Position numbers and translations under genes: made by a program. 64,000 nucleotides of DNA. Origin: an uncultured Pelagibacteraceae bacterium. GTDB lineage: Bacteria; Pseudomonadota; Alphaproteobacteria; Pelagibacterales; Pelagibacteraceae. The stretch lies in assembly GCA_902629215.1 (NCBI GenBank), contig CACOQC010000002.1:14009-78008 (forward strand). Reading direction: 5' to 3'. The stretch's first letter is position 1. Each line of letters starts with the position of its first letter. The notes beneath the pieces are model-generated. The model was not told where the DNA came from. It saw only the letters and a program-made list of their open reading frames with translations, and did no database searches. Positions 40,266 to 50,263 of this stretch are shown here, piece by piece.

Positions 40266-42042
40266 TCAAAGATTTTTGAGGTTTCATATCCTTTTTATCT
40301 ATACCAGCTACTCTAACTGGCTTTTTCATTGCATCTCTTCTAAATGGTTCGCCAAGTTCCTGGTTTAAGATAACTTCAATAAATGTTGTAATCCCTTTTT
40401 TTTGATCTTCACAAGATTTTTTTATTGCATTTGTAGTTTCTTCCATGGTTCTTACTGTTACGCCTTTTAATCCACAAGCGTCAGCAACTTTTGCATAACT
40501 TAGTTCAGGATCTAATTCTGTACCTATAAAGTTATTATCAAACCAAAGTGTTGTGTTTCTTTTTTCTGCACCCCATTGGTAATTTCTAAAAATAACCATT
40601 GTAATTGCTGGCCACTCTTCTCTAGCACATGAACTCATTTCATTCATACTAATTCCAAATGCTCCATCACCAGCAAAGCCAATTACTGGTGTATCAGGAC
40701 AACCAATTTTTGCTCCTAATATAGACGGAAAACCATAACCACATGGACCAAACAATCCAGGTGCTAAATACTTTCTAGGTTTTTCAAAAGTTGGGTACGC
40801 ATTTCCTATTGCACAATTATTTCCAATATCGCTAGAAATAATTACATCTTCTGGCATACCTGCTTGAATAGCTCTCCAAGCTTGCCTAGGAGACATTCTA
40901 TCTGAGTCTCTTTCTCTTGCTTCTTTATTCCAAACTGTTCCTTCATCATCATCTTCATGATCTAAACTAGATAATTTTTGTAACCATGCAGATTTAGTTT
41001 GATGAATTAAATCTTTTCTTTTTTGTCTATCTATATCACCAGCATTCGAAGATAATTTTTCTAAAATTTGTTGAGCTACTAATTTTGCATCACCACTAAT
41101 TCCAACAGTAACTTTTTTTGTTAAACCTATTCTATCGGGATTGATATCTACTTGAATAATGTTTGCATTCTTTGGCCAATAATCAATTCCATAACCTGGA
41201 AGAGTTGAGAAAGGATTTAATCTAGTTCCTAAAGCTAAAACAACATCTGCTTTTGAAATTAATTCCATAGCAGCTTTTGATCCATTATATCCTAACGGTC
41301 CAACTGCTAAAGGGTGACTCCCTGGAAAACTATCGTTGTGTTGATAACCTGAACAAACTGGTGAGTCTAATTTTTCAGCAAGTTTTTTTGTCTCTTCAAT
41401 TGCTCCACCAATTACTACACCAGCACCAGATAAAATTACTGGAAATTTTGCCTTTGACAAAATATCTGCAGCTTTTGAAATTGCATCAGCTCCACCACCT
41501 TGTCTTTCTAATCTTACAATCGGCGGAAGATCAATATCAATAACTTGACACCAATAATCTCTTGGTACATTAATTTGAGCAGGTGCAGAACCTCTAATAG
41601 CTTTTTCAATCACTCTATTTAATACTTCTGCCATTCTTGATGGGTCTCTAACTTCTTCTTGATAGCAGACCATATCTTTAAATAAATTCATTTGTTCAAC
41701 TTCTTGAAAACCACCTTGTCCCATTGTCTTGTTTGCAGCTTGTGGTGTTACTAATAATAACGGCGTGTGATTCCAATAAGCAGTTTTAATAGGTGTAACT
41801 AAACCAGTTATACCAGGTCCATTTTGTGCAATGACCATTGACATTTTTCCCGTAGCTCTAGTGTAACCATCAGCAATTAAACCACCATTAGTTTCATGAG
41901 CAACATCCCAAAAAGTAATTCCAGCATCTGGAAAAATATCAGATATAGGCATGAACGCTGATCCTATAATTCCAAAAGCATGTTCAATACCATGCATTTG
42001 TAAAACTTTAACAAAAGCTTCTTCTGTTGTCATTTTTGTCAT
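40258..42042 (-). CDS. xsc: Sulfoacetaldehyde acetyltransferase (TPP-dependent)
   Basis: MTTEEAFVKVLQMHGIEHAFGIIGSA, GDGAFG...NYQWGAEKRN, ELGEPFRRDAM. Confidence 0.96.
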   Translation of the reverse strand: MTKMTTEEAFVKVLQMHGIEHAFGIIGSAFMPISDIFPDAGITFWDVAHETNGGLIADGYTRATGKMSMVIAQNGPGITGLVTPIKTAYWNHTPLLLVTPQAANKTMGQGGFQEVEQMNLFKDMVCYQEEVRDPSRMAEVLNRVIEKAIRGSAPAQINVPRDYWCQVIDIDLPPIVRLERQGGGADAISKAADILSKAKFPVILSGAGVVIGGAIEETKKLAEKLDSPVCSGYQHNDSFPGSHPLAVGPLGYNGSKAAMELISKADVVLALGTRLNPFSTLPGYGIDYWPKNANIIQVDINPDRIGLTKKVTVGISGDAKLVAQQILEKLSSNAGDIDRQKRKDLIHQTKSAWLQKLSSLDHEDDDEGTVWNKEARERDSDRMSPRQAWRAIQAGMPEDVIISSDIGNNCAIGNAYPTFEKPRKYLAPGLFGPCGYGFPSILGAKIGCPDTPVIGFAGDGAFGISMNEMSSCAREEWPAITMVIFRNYQWGAEKRNTTLWFDNNFIGTELDPELSYAKVADACGLKGVTVRTMEETTNAIKKSCEDQKKGITTFIEVILNQELGEPFRRDAMKKPVRVAGIDKKDMKPQKSLNG

Positions 42043-42160
42043 TAATAGAACCTTTCTAAATTAGTAAATGAATAATTTTTTTAAAAATTAATTGTTAATT
42101 TTTGCGATTAATATATAAGATTTTACAAAATTCAAACAAACAAATCGACACTATATATAA

Positions 42161-42445
42161 ATGTCTACAGATATTATAATTCACGACCAAAAAGACAATG
42201 TTGGCGTAGTTGTTATTGAAAAAATCACTCCAAAACAAGATTGCTCATGCTGGATTATGGAGAACGATAGTACAGTTAATATACAATCAATAGATGAAAT
42301 ACCCTTAGGTCATAAAATTGCAATGGTTGATTTAAAGGAGGGTGATACAATTTTAAAATACGGCCATGATATTGGTAAAGTTGTTAAATCAATTAAAAAA
42401 GGCGAACATGTCCATGTTCATAATGTAAAAACAAAGAAGTGGTAA
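42161..42445 (+). CDS. suyA: (R)-sulfolactate sulfo-lyase alpha subunit (SAF domain, UxaA family)
   Basis: [28 protein letters not shown]; paired with suyB. Confidence 0.85.
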   Translation: MSTDIIIHDQKDNVGVVVIEKITPKQDCSCWIMENDSTVNIQSIDEIPLGHKIAMVDLKEGDTILKYGHDIGKVVKSIKKGEHVHVHNVKTKKW

Positions 42446-42449
42446 TTAT

Positions 42450-43616
42450 ATGAAAATCCCAAAAAGTTTTTTAGGTTATAAAAGAGAAAATGGAAGAGCA
42501 GGAACAAGAAATCATGTTATCATTCTTCCAGTTGATGATATTTCAAATGCTTGTGCTGAAGCAGTTGCTAACAATATTAAAGGAACAATTGCATTACCTC
42601 ACTCGTATGGCAGACTTCAATTTGGAGCTGATTTAGAATTACATTTTAGAACAATGATTGGAACCGGCAGCAATCCAAATGTAGCAGCTGTGATTGTTAT
42701 AGGAATAGAACCTAAATGGACAAAGAAAATAGTTGATGGGATTGCAAAAACTGGGAAACCAGTAGAGGGTTTTCATATAGAACGTACAGGAGATATTGGA
42801 ACTGTAATGAAGGCCTCTAAAAAAGCACAAGAATTTGTAATGTGGGCATCTGAAAAACAAAGAGAAGAATGTCCAATTAGTGATCTATGGATTTCTGTTA
42901 AGTGTGGAGAATCTGATACTACATCAGGTTTAGCAGCTAATCCAACAGTTGGAAATTTAATGGATAAATTAGAACCACTAGGTGTTCATCTTTGTTTTGG
43001 TGAAACTTCAGAATTAACAGGAGCTGAAAAAGTTTGTGCAACTAGAGGAGCAACTAAAGAAGCATCAGACAAATTCATGAAAACATGGAGTTCTTATAAT
43101 GATTTTATTTTAAAAGAAGCCACAGATGATCTTTCTGAAAGCCAGCCAACAGCTGGAAATATTGCAGGTGGTTTAACAACTATTGAGGAAAAAGCTTTTG
43201 GAAATTTTCAAAAAATTGGAAATTGTAAATTTGTAGATGTCTTAGAACCTGCTGAAGAACCTAAAAAAGGTAAAGGCTTATATTTTATGGACACTTCATC
43301 TGCTGCCGCTGAATGTGTAACTCTTCAAGCTGCTGCTGGTTTTAATATTCATTTGTTCCCTACTGGACAAGGAAATATAGTTGGAAACCCAATAGAACCA
43401 GTTGTTAAATTAACTGCTAACCCTTTAACGGTTAAAGGAATGGGTGAACATATTGATTGTGATGTATCAAAGATACTTTCGCGAGAAATGAATATGTCTC
43501 AAGCTGGCGATAAACTTATAGAAACTACTCTTAAAGTTGCAAATGGAAGATTAACTTGTGCTGAAGCTCTAGGTCACAGAGAATTTGTGATGACAAAACT
43601 TTACAGAAGTGCCTAA
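42450..43616 (+). CDS. suyB: (R)-sulfolactate sulfo-lyase beta subunit (UxaA family)
   Basis: [51 protein letters not shown]; sulfonate gene context. Confidence 0.88.
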   Translation: MKIPKSFLGYKRENGRAGTRNHVIILPVDDISNACAEAVANNIKGTIALPHSYGRLQFGADLELHFRTMIGTGSNPNVAAVIVIGIEPKWTKKIVDGIAKTGKPVEGFHIERTGDIGTVMKASKKAQEFVMWASEKQREECPISDLWISVKCGESDTTSGLAANPTVGNLMDKLEPLGVHLCFGETSELTGAEKVCATRGATKEASDKFMKTWSSYNDFILKEATDDLSESQPTAGNIAGGLTTIEEKAFGNFQKIGNCKFVDVLEPAEEPKKGKGLYFMDTSSAAAECVTLQAAAGFNIHLFPTGQGNIVGNPIEPVVKLTANPLTVKGMGEHIDCDVSKILSREMNMSQAGDKLIETTLKVANGRLTCAEALGHREFVMTKLYRSA

Positions 43617-43618
43617 AA

Positions 43619-44704
43619 TTACTTTGCTAGATTTGCTATATATTTTTTTCTCAATTTAGATAAAAATCTCCTGATAAAAGCAGCACCTATACCTAAAATA
43701 ACTGCAAACAAAATTGAGAATAACCCATAAAAGAATGGCATATCGATAGAAAATTCTTTAATAAATTTTGAGAAAAAATTTAATTCAGAAGTTGGTGTTT
43801 TTATTATTGCATTGGAAATCTCTTCTGCAAAAAAAGTATCGTAAGCTATTGCAATACCAACAATCAGCAATAAGATTGCTAACAATGCTTTTAATCCATA
43901 ACTTTCAATTTGCTCTCCTAATTTCTGACCAACTTGAACACCAATAATAGATCCAACAACTAATAATAGTACTAACATCAAATCTATTGAGCCATAATTA
44001 ATTGAATGTAAAAAAGTTACTATTACACTTACAAAGATAGTCACAAACAATGAAGTTCCAGGTACTAATTTAGTTGGCATTTTTATAAGATAAATCATTG
44101 CTGGAACTAAAATAAAAGCTCCACCTATTCCCATAATAGCCGCTATAAATCCTACAACTAAACCAATTATAATTGGGGTAAAAATACTTTCATATAACTT
44201 GGATTTTGGAAATCTCATTCTAAAAGGTAAGCCATGTATCCAATAATGAACATGTAATTTTTTTCTTTCTACAATATTTTTTTTAGCTTTATCAATTTCA
44301 CCCAGGCTCTCCACTAGCATTAAAGTTCCAATTATTGCAAGTATGTACATGTAAGCAAGTGAAATGACTGTATCTATTTTTCCAATTCCTTTAAAATAAC
44401 TAAAAGTATAAATACCTAATGCAGTTCCTATAGAGCCACCAATTACAATCATAAAACCCATTTTATAATCCAAAGTATTTTTTAACCAATGTGTAGTAGA
44501 TCCAGAGACAGATGTTGCTAAAATATTATTTGCTTCGTTTGCAACTGCATAAGCCGGTGGAACACCTAAAAAAATTAAAAATGGTGTCATTAAAAAACCT
44601 CCACCTACACCAAACAAACCTGAAAGAACACCGACCAGCGCACTTAGTAAAAGAATTTCGATTGGGCTAACAATAACTTGAGCTATAGGTAAAAAAACTT
44701 CCAT
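43619..44704 (-). CDS. Sulfite exporter TauE/SafE family protein
   Basis: GLFGVGGGFLMTP and IMGIGGAFILVP repeats; multi-TM. Confidence 0.9.
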   Translation of the reverse strand: MEVFLPIAQVIVSPIEILLLSALVGVLSGLFGVGGGFLMTPFLIFLGVPPAYAVANEANNILATSVSGSTTHWLKNTLDYKMGFMIVIGGSIGTALGIYTFSYFKGIGKIDTVISLAYMYILAIIGTLMLVESLGEIDKAKKNIVERKKLHVHYWIHGLPFRMRFPKSKLYESIFTPIIIGLVVGFIAAIMGIGGAFILVPAMIYLIKMPTKLVPGTSLFVTIFVSVIVTFLHSINYGSIDLMLVLLLVVGSIIGVQVGQKLGEQIESYGLKALLAILLLIVGIAIAYDTFFAEEISNAIIKTPTSELNFFSKFIKEFSIDMPFFYGLFSILFAVILGIGAAFIRRFLSKLRKKYIANLAK

Positions 44705-44728
44705 CTAAAATAAAACTTCTTGTAAAAC

Positions 44729-44863
44729 TTATTTAAATGTTAAAAAAGTTCCAACTAAGATAACACCCCAACAAGTAGCAATAGCTGAAAAAATTCCAGT
44801 TTTAATAAAAGTTTTTTTCTTATTTAATATTTTTTGAGGAATTTTTATATTTGAAAAGTGCAT
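44729..44863 (-). CDS. Small hypothetical membrane protein (44 aa)
   Basis: Manual ORF MHFSNIKIPQKILNKKKTFIKTGIFSAIATCWGVILVGTFLTFK with one TM segment. Confidence 0.5.
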   Translation of the reverse strand: MHFSNIKIPQKILNKKKTFIKTGIFSAIATCWGVILVGTFLTFK

Positions 44864-44933
44864 CTTTACATTCTCAATACACCCAGCAAAAAAATTGTCA
44901 AACTATAATTGATTAAAATAGTTTTTTTTTGAA

Positions 44934-45284
44934 CTAGTAAATTGTGGCTCCAAAGACCTTAATCGCATCGTCCTCAACTCCTAAAACTAGTCTCCCTAAA
45001 AATTCTCCAGGAATTTTCTTATTTGTCTGTTTAATTAGAATAGTTATGTGTTCACCTCTCCTTAAGGTCCCAAATGGCTCATAAGTTTCATTTAAATTAG
45101 TAATAAGATCATTATTAGCCCACTGCTTTCCTAGCTCCACTTCATTTGCCCCAAACAACATTTGAGTTGAAAAATCTCTTGTAAAACTGCCATAATCTTT
45201 CATATTAGAGGATCTTACCAAATTTTCCCAAAATGGTTTTCCAATATCAAATATTTCTTCATCTGATTTAGATAATAGATCCAT
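44934..45284 (-). CDS. Hypothetical protein
   Basis: 116-aa ORF directly after aprA on the same strand. Confidence 0.75.
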   Translation of the reverse strand: MDLLSKSDEEIFDIGKPFWENLVRSSNMKDYGSFTRDFSTQMLFGANEVELGKQWANNDLITNLNETYEPFGTLRRGEHITILIKQTNKKIPGEFLGRLVLGVEDDAIKVFGATIY

Positions 45285-45307
45285 AGGTATTTAAACTTTA
45301 TAATTTA

Positions 45308-47167
45308 TTATGAGGCCTTTTTTTTCTCATTCTCGTCTACAATGTGGTAGACAGGAACTTTTTCCATCGAGAATTTTCCAGTTTTAGGGTCTCTTCTTGA
45401 AACAGTTAGACAGTGCCAATTTTCATCATCTAATTTCATATGATCACCTCTGTAATAATATCCAGGCCAACGTGTTTCTTCTCTAAATAGAGTATGTTCC
45501 GTTACACATTGAGAGGTCAATGTTCTATGTTTAAGTTCCCACGCTCTCATCAATTGATGATAATCCTCTGCTCCAACCTTTTCTAAATCCTCTTGAAGCC
45601 AATCTAAAAGTTCCAAAGCTCTTTTAAGCATATTGCCATTAGTCATATAATTTGACGTAATCCCACCGACATATTCATCCATAATTTTTTGAAGTCTTTG
45701 CAAACCTTGTATTGGAGAAATGTAGCTTGGTGAAACAGTTCCACCTGTGATTTCATTTTGAGCAACAGTGAAAGTTTCTAAAGGCTTGTAAACAGCTTTT
45801 TTAAAATCTTCACATTGTTTATCTGATACATTAATTCCGTCTGCTTTTTGATCTTGAATATATTTTACAGCTGCTTTTGCCGCTAATCTACCTTCAGTAA
45901 ATGAGCCAGAAGAAAATTTATGAGCACTTCCACCCACTGTGTCACCTGCTCCAAAAAGTCCATCAATTGTTAACATTCTATTGTATCCCCAAAAATATTC
46001 TGGTGGAGATAAATCTTCAGGACCACTTACCCACGCTCCTGAACAAGTAGCATGTGAACCCATCACATAAGGCTCTGATGTTGTTAATTCAGGATTAGTA
46101 TATTTTGGATCAATATTTTGTGAAGCCCAAACTACAGCTTGCCCAACAGTCATTCCTAAAAAATTTTCCCAACCAACTGTCTCTAAATGTGGATCTTGAA
46201 AAGCTTCTTTTGTAACCATATGAATTGGTCCACCACCTGCAGCTACTTCTTGAATAAAAGCATGATTTCTCAAACATGTTGGTGTTGGATGATGATCAAT
46301 ATACTCACCAACTAATTCTTTAGTTTGATCGTACCATTTTTTTTCATAATTCTCGCCATTAGCATTTTGAGTATAAGTTTTTAAATGTAAAAAATATGCT
46401 CCAACTGGACCATATCCATCTTTAAATCTGCATAAAACAATTCTGTTTTCCATTTGAGTCATTTTTGCACCTGCTGCTATTGGTAAAGCATAAGCTGAAC
46501 CATTACTCCATGGTGCATACCAAGTTCTTCCCATTCCTTCTCCAACTGCTCTCGGTTTAAAAATATGAGAGGCCCCACCTGCTGCAACGATTACTGTTTT
46601 TGCTCTAAATACATGGAAGTCACCTGTTCTCATATTAAAACCAACAGCTCCACCAATTCTATTCTCTTTAGCTTCATCCATTAAAAGATGAGTAACCATT
46701 ATTCTATTATAAATTTTATCTGCAGATTTTTTAGCAGCCTCAGCAACGATTGGTTTATAACTTTCACCATGGATCATTATTTGCCATTTACCTTCTCTTA
46801 AATATCTTCCAGTCTTTTCATTTTTCATCATTGGAAGACCCCATTCATCAAACATATGAACGGTAGAATCTACATGTCGTGCCATGTCATAACCTAAATC
46901 TTCTCTAACCATTCCCATTAAATCATTTCTTGCATATCTTACATGATCCTCAGGTTGATTTTCATCCCATTGCATACCCATGTAACAGTTAATTGCGTAT
47001 AAACCCTGAGCGACAGCACCACTTCTATCTATGTTAGCTTTTTCTACACAAACAATTTTTAAATCTCTTCCCCAATGTCTTGCTTCAAAGGTTGCTCCTG
47101 TTCCAGCCATTCCACCACCGACTACTAAAACATCGCAATCCTCAAAATGAGTTTTGTGTTTTGCCAT
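45308..47167 (-). CDS. aprA: Adenylylsulfate (APS) reductase alpha subunit
   Basis: GGGMAG, EKANIDRSGAVAQGLYAIN, WQIMIHGESYK, HKFSSGS, REETRWPGYY. Confidence 0.98.
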   Translation of the reverse strand: MAKHKTHFEDCDVLVVGGGMAGTGATFEARHWGRDLKIVCVEKANIDRSGAVAQGLYAINCYMGMQWDENQPEDHVRYARNDLMGMVREDLGYDMARHVDSTVHMFDEWGLPMMKNEKTGRYLREGKWQIMIHGESYKPIVAEAAKKSADKIYNRIMVTHLLMDEAKENRIGGAVGFNMRTGDFHVFRAKTVIVAAGGASHIFKPRAVGEGMGRTWYAPWSNGSAYALPIAAGAKMTQMENRIVLCRFKDGYGPVGAYFLHLKTYTQNANGENYEKKWYDQTKELVGEYIDHHPTPTCLRNHAFIQEVAAGGGPIHMVTKEAFQDPHLETVGWENFLGMTVGQAVVWASQNIDPKYTNPELTTSEPYVMGSHATCSGAWVSGPEDLSPPEYFWGYNRMLTIDGLFGAGDTVGGSAHKFSSGSFTEGRLAAKAAVKYIQDQKADGINVSDKQCEDFKKAVYKPLETFTVAQNEITGGTVSPSYISPIQGLQRLQKIMDEYVGGITSNYMTNGNMLKRALELLDWLQEDLEKVGAEDYHQLMRAWELKHRTLTSQCVTEHTLFREETRWPGYYYRGDHMKLDDENWHCLTVSRRDPKTGKFSMEKVPVYHIVDENEKKKAS

Positions 47168-47637
47168 TAGTAGTAAACTCCTTTTTTAAATGATTCTTTT
47201 GGCACTGCAGGTAATTCTTTATTTGTATTTAACCCTTCAGGTTCACTATATAATCTTTGTGAATTAATTTCTCCTTGATTAGGTGTATCACCCTCTGCAA
47301 GTTTAGGAATAAATTTCCCCCAAGGTTTTGTTGTAATTGGTGAAACAAAGTTTTTTTCTGTACCATTTCTAAATTTTATTTTCCAAGAGATTGTTCCTTT
47401 TTCCTCTTCTCTTCTTACTCTTACACTATGTCCCATTGGAGCAAAATCAGCATAACCTCTAACATCAATTGCATGATTTGGGCATGCTTTAACACAAGAA
47501 TAACACTCCCAACAAAAATTTGGTTCAATATTTTTTGCTCTTCTTATGTTTTCATCAATGTGCATAATATCTGATGGACATATATCTACGCAATGACCGC
47601 AGCCATCACATCTAGTCATGTATACAAAAGTTGACAT
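47167..47637 (-). CDS. aprB: APS reductase beta subunit
   Basis: CDGCGHCVDICP and CWECYSCVKACP [4Fe-4S] motifs, VRGYADF. Confidence 0.98.
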   Translation of the reverse strand: MSTFVYMTRCDGCGHCVDICPSDIMHIDENIRRAKNIEPNFCWECYSCVKACPNHAIDVRGYADFAPMGHSVRVRREEEKGTISWKIKFRNGTEKNFVSPITTKPWGKFIPKLAEGDTPNQGEINSQRLYSEPEGLNTNKELPAVPKESFKKGVYY

Positions 47638-47669
47638 ATTTTTAATTTTCTCCCTTTTTAGTTATCATA

Positions 47670-48464
47670 TTAATAATGTTTTGGCTCTTCTCTTTTTATA
47701 CCCAGGCCAAATTGCTCAGGTGCATCAGCTGGGGGAGGAAGATTATCTCTAGACCCATCAGCTTCAGCTAAATTTTTTTGTATTGCAGCTCCAGGTTTAT
47801 AAAACATATGAGCAAATTTTGACCAATAAACTCCCCCAAATAAAATTAAGTTTGAAGCTACAAATAAAGTTAAAAATAAATAAGATAATCCTACTTGACC
47901 ATTAAATTGTGTAAATGACCAAGCTAATCCAAAAGTAGAACAAGCTAATAATGCTAGCACAAATAAATCCGCTTTAATAATTCTATACCAAGGATGAGCT
48001 TCTGCAGATACGTCTACTCTTAAAAAAAACCAAAACCAAAATCCACCTAGACAAGTCAAAATAGCTCCAACATGCCAAAGCATTGACCAAGTTTCAGAGC
48101 TTGGTTTACCTGCACCTGTGTAACAAAAAACTAAAATAGCTGAAGATACCCAAAATAATATTGTACCATACATGCCAAGCACATGAGCTAATCTTCTTTT
48201 TCCAAAACCTAACTCCGATGTTGTGCCAATATCTACAACAGTTGTTTTTGCAACAATTGCTGTTTTTTCTCCAATTCCTAATTTTTTTGTTGCCGATAAT
48301 TTTGCTTTTTTTGCGTTTTCAAAAAAGTATTTAAGATTTTTGTGATGAATCATTTGAATAATAGTCCCTACAGCAATTAATAACACCATAGCTATTATAA
48401 AATATTGCATTGCAAGTGGTGATACTGTTTCTGCCAAGATAGAAAAAGGATTATTATTTAACAT
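47670..48464 (-). CDS. aprM: APS reductase membrane anchor
   Basis: Multi-TM protein upstream of aprB; RRLAHVLGMYG, WSKFAHMFYKP. Confidence 0.92.
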   Translation of the reverse strand: MLNNNPFSILAETVSPLAMQYFIIAMVLLIAVGTIIQMIHHKNLKYFFENAKKAKLSATKKLGIGEKTAIVAKTTVVDIGTTSELGFGKRRLAHVLGMYGTILFWVSSAILVFCYTGAGKPSSETWSMLWHVGAILTCLGGFWFWFFLRVDVSAEAHPWYRIIKADLFVLALLACSTFGLAWSFTQFNGQVGLSYLFLTLFVASNLILFGGVYWSKFAHMFYKPGAAIQKNLAEADGSRDNLPPPADAPEQFGLGIKREEPKHY

Positions 48465-48513
48465 TTCCGCCTTTGGTTAAATTTTTAGAATTATTTTTAA
48501 AGTTTTATATATA

Positions 48514-48532
48514 GTTGAACTAATAGTTCAAC
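48514..48532. promoter_or_regulatory. Perfect palindrome upstream of aprM, candidate operator
   Basis: GTTGAACTA-A-TAGTTCAAC, about 50 bp upstream of the aprM start. Confidence 0.55.
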
Positions 48533-48566
48533 CTCAAACTCAAGTCAATTTGTCTTTAATAACAGC

Positions 48567-48965
48567 CTATTTCTGTCTCTTATAATGTTGTTTGTTTGGT
48601 ATGACAGATCTTACTCCACCCTGGGGATTCTCAACATCTCCAACTCTTCTTGGAATTAAATGAATGTGACAATGAAAAATCGACTGACCCGAATCTTTTC
48701 CAATATTTGTTCCAATATTAAAACCTTTTACTGATTGATCTTTATTAATTATTTCATTTTTGACGATTTTAATAAGTTCATCGCATGCTATCAATTCATT
48801 TTGAGATAAATCAAAATAATCTTTAATATGTCGTTTGGGGATAATAAGACAATGATCTTTTGAAACTGGATAAGAGTCATAACTTGCATAAGCCAAATCA
48901 TTTTCGTGGACAACTCCACTCTCTTTAGTATTACAAAATAAACATGGATTATTTGGATCTCTCAT
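48567..48965 (-). CDS. HIT family nucleotide hydrolase
   Basis: CLFC, HCLIIPKRH, GFNIGTN, HCHIHLIPR histidine triad. Confidence 0.95.
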   Translation of the reverse strand: MRDPNNPCLFCNTKESGVVHENDLAYASYDSYPVSKDHCLIIPKRHIKDYFDLSQNELIACDELIKIVKNEIINKDQSVKGFNIGTNIGKDSGQSIFHCHIHLIPRRVGDVENPQGGVRSVIPNKQHYKRQK

Positions 48966-48969
48966 AAAT

Positions 48970-49743
48970 CTAAAATTTATAGTGATTACATTTATTCACA
49001 GCTAATTTATAATATTTAGAAAATTCTTTAAATTTATTTAAACTTTTTCTTTTCCAAGCAATATCTTTAATTGATTTTACTGAGGTAACACCCTTACCTG
49101 AACCAATTAGAATTATTTCGTCATAATTTTTTAATTCTTTAATCAAGATATCTTTTTTTATAATTTTTTTTATTTTAGATTTAAAAAACCTATACGTATT
49201 TCCTTCATAATAGTCTTTAATTGGACTAAATATTTTTTGTTTTTTTACAAACAAAAGATTTGAGGTTCCTGTTTCTAAAATTTTATTATTTACCACAAGG
49301 CCGATATCTGATCTAGAATTATCTAATTTTACAAGGTGAGATAAAATTTTTTTATATTTTAGATTTTTATATTGTGGTTTTTCTCTTCTTAAATTTACTA
49401 ATTTTAAATTAAAATCTTTTTTAGGTTTTACCCTTTTTCTTAAAGATATTGATATAATTTGTTTGTTTAAAGCAATTCTCAAAAGGTGATCATATTTTTT
49501 ACCTTTTGATAAATTGATATTCAAAATTTTTATAATATCTTTTTTAAGAGTTTTCTTTGTTATTCCATAAATTTTAAGTGATTTAATCAAATTTTTTAAA
49601 TGATTTTCCAAAAATAAAATTTTTGCAGGTTTTCCAAAAATCCACATTGTAGTAAACACACCATGATCACCCCATAAATCTTTAAAATTTATTTCTCTTA
49701 AATTTTTAAGCTGATAGGATTTTTTTAATGAGTAAGTTGCCAT
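48970..49743 (-). CDS. Aminotransferase class IV, probable aminodeoxychorismate lyase (PabC-like)
   Basis: GVFTTM, HLKNL, YKNLKY, ILETGTSNL; follows pabB/pabA-like genes. Confidence 0.7.
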   Translation of the reverse strand: MATYSLKKSYQLKNLREINFKDLWGDHGVFTTMWIFGKPAKILFLENHLKNLIKSLKIYGITKKTLKKDIIKILNINLSKGKKYDHLLRIALNKQIISISLRKRVKPKKDFNLKLVNLRREKPQYKNLKYKKILSHLVKLDNSRSDIGLVVNNKILETGTSNLLFVKKQKIFSPIKDYYEGNTYRFFKSKIKKIIKKDILIKELKNYDEIILIGSGKGVTSVKSIKDIAWKRKSLNKFKEFSKYYKLAVNKCNHYKF

Positions 49744-50263
49744 TGATTGTTAAAAAAGACTCAGGGTGAAATTGAAATCCATATATTTTCTCTTTATTAT
49801 TTTCAAAAGACATTGCAACTTTTGATTTTAAACATCTCATAGTTATATCAAAATTATCAATTTTAAAAGGTTCTTTTAATTTAAGTGAGTGGTACCTTCC
49901 TACTTTAAATGTTTTTCCTTTTTTAAATAAAGATTTATCACTAACAACTTTTATATCTGATTGAAATCCATGATATATTTTTTTTTGTTCAATAATTTGA
50001 GCTCCCTCACAAAATAATATTTGTTGAAAACCTAAACATATTCCAATCATCTTTTTTTTTCCTTTAAATTGTTTGTAAATTTTAGAAGTTGTTGGGTAAT
50101 TTCTTGGATTACCTGGCCCAGGTGAAAAAACTATAACACTGGCTTTTTGAAGTTTTTTTTTATTTATTTCATTATAATTATCACACTCTACTTGATCAAA
50201 TAATGAAAATTGATGAACTACATTATGAGTAAACGAGTCATTATGATCTATTACGTAAATCAT
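49706..50263 (-). CDS. Glutamine amidotransferase, PabA/TrpG family
   Basis: IDHNDSFTHN, SPGPGNP, GICLGFQ, RYHSL, QFHPES. Confidence 0.9.
   Translation of the reverse strand: MIYVIDHNDSFTHNVVHQFSLFDQVECDNYNEINKKKLQKASVIVFSPGPGNPRNYPTTSKIYKQFKGKKKMIGICLGFQQILFCEGAQIIEQKKIYHGFQSDIKVVSDKSLFKKGKTFKVGRYHSLKLKEPFKIDNFDITMRCLKSKVAMSFENNKEKIYGFQFHPESFLTINGNLLIKKILSA

Noticed and set aside
42083-42103. Inverted repeat AAAAATTAA-TTG-TTAATTTTT in the xsc-suyA divergent spacer
   Set aside because: Arms are pure A/T and likely by chance in this genome; cannot be supported as an operator without conservation data
45308-48464. Dissimilatory sulfate reduction
   Set aside because: The AprM anchor indicates the oxidative type; no qmo, sat or dsr in the window
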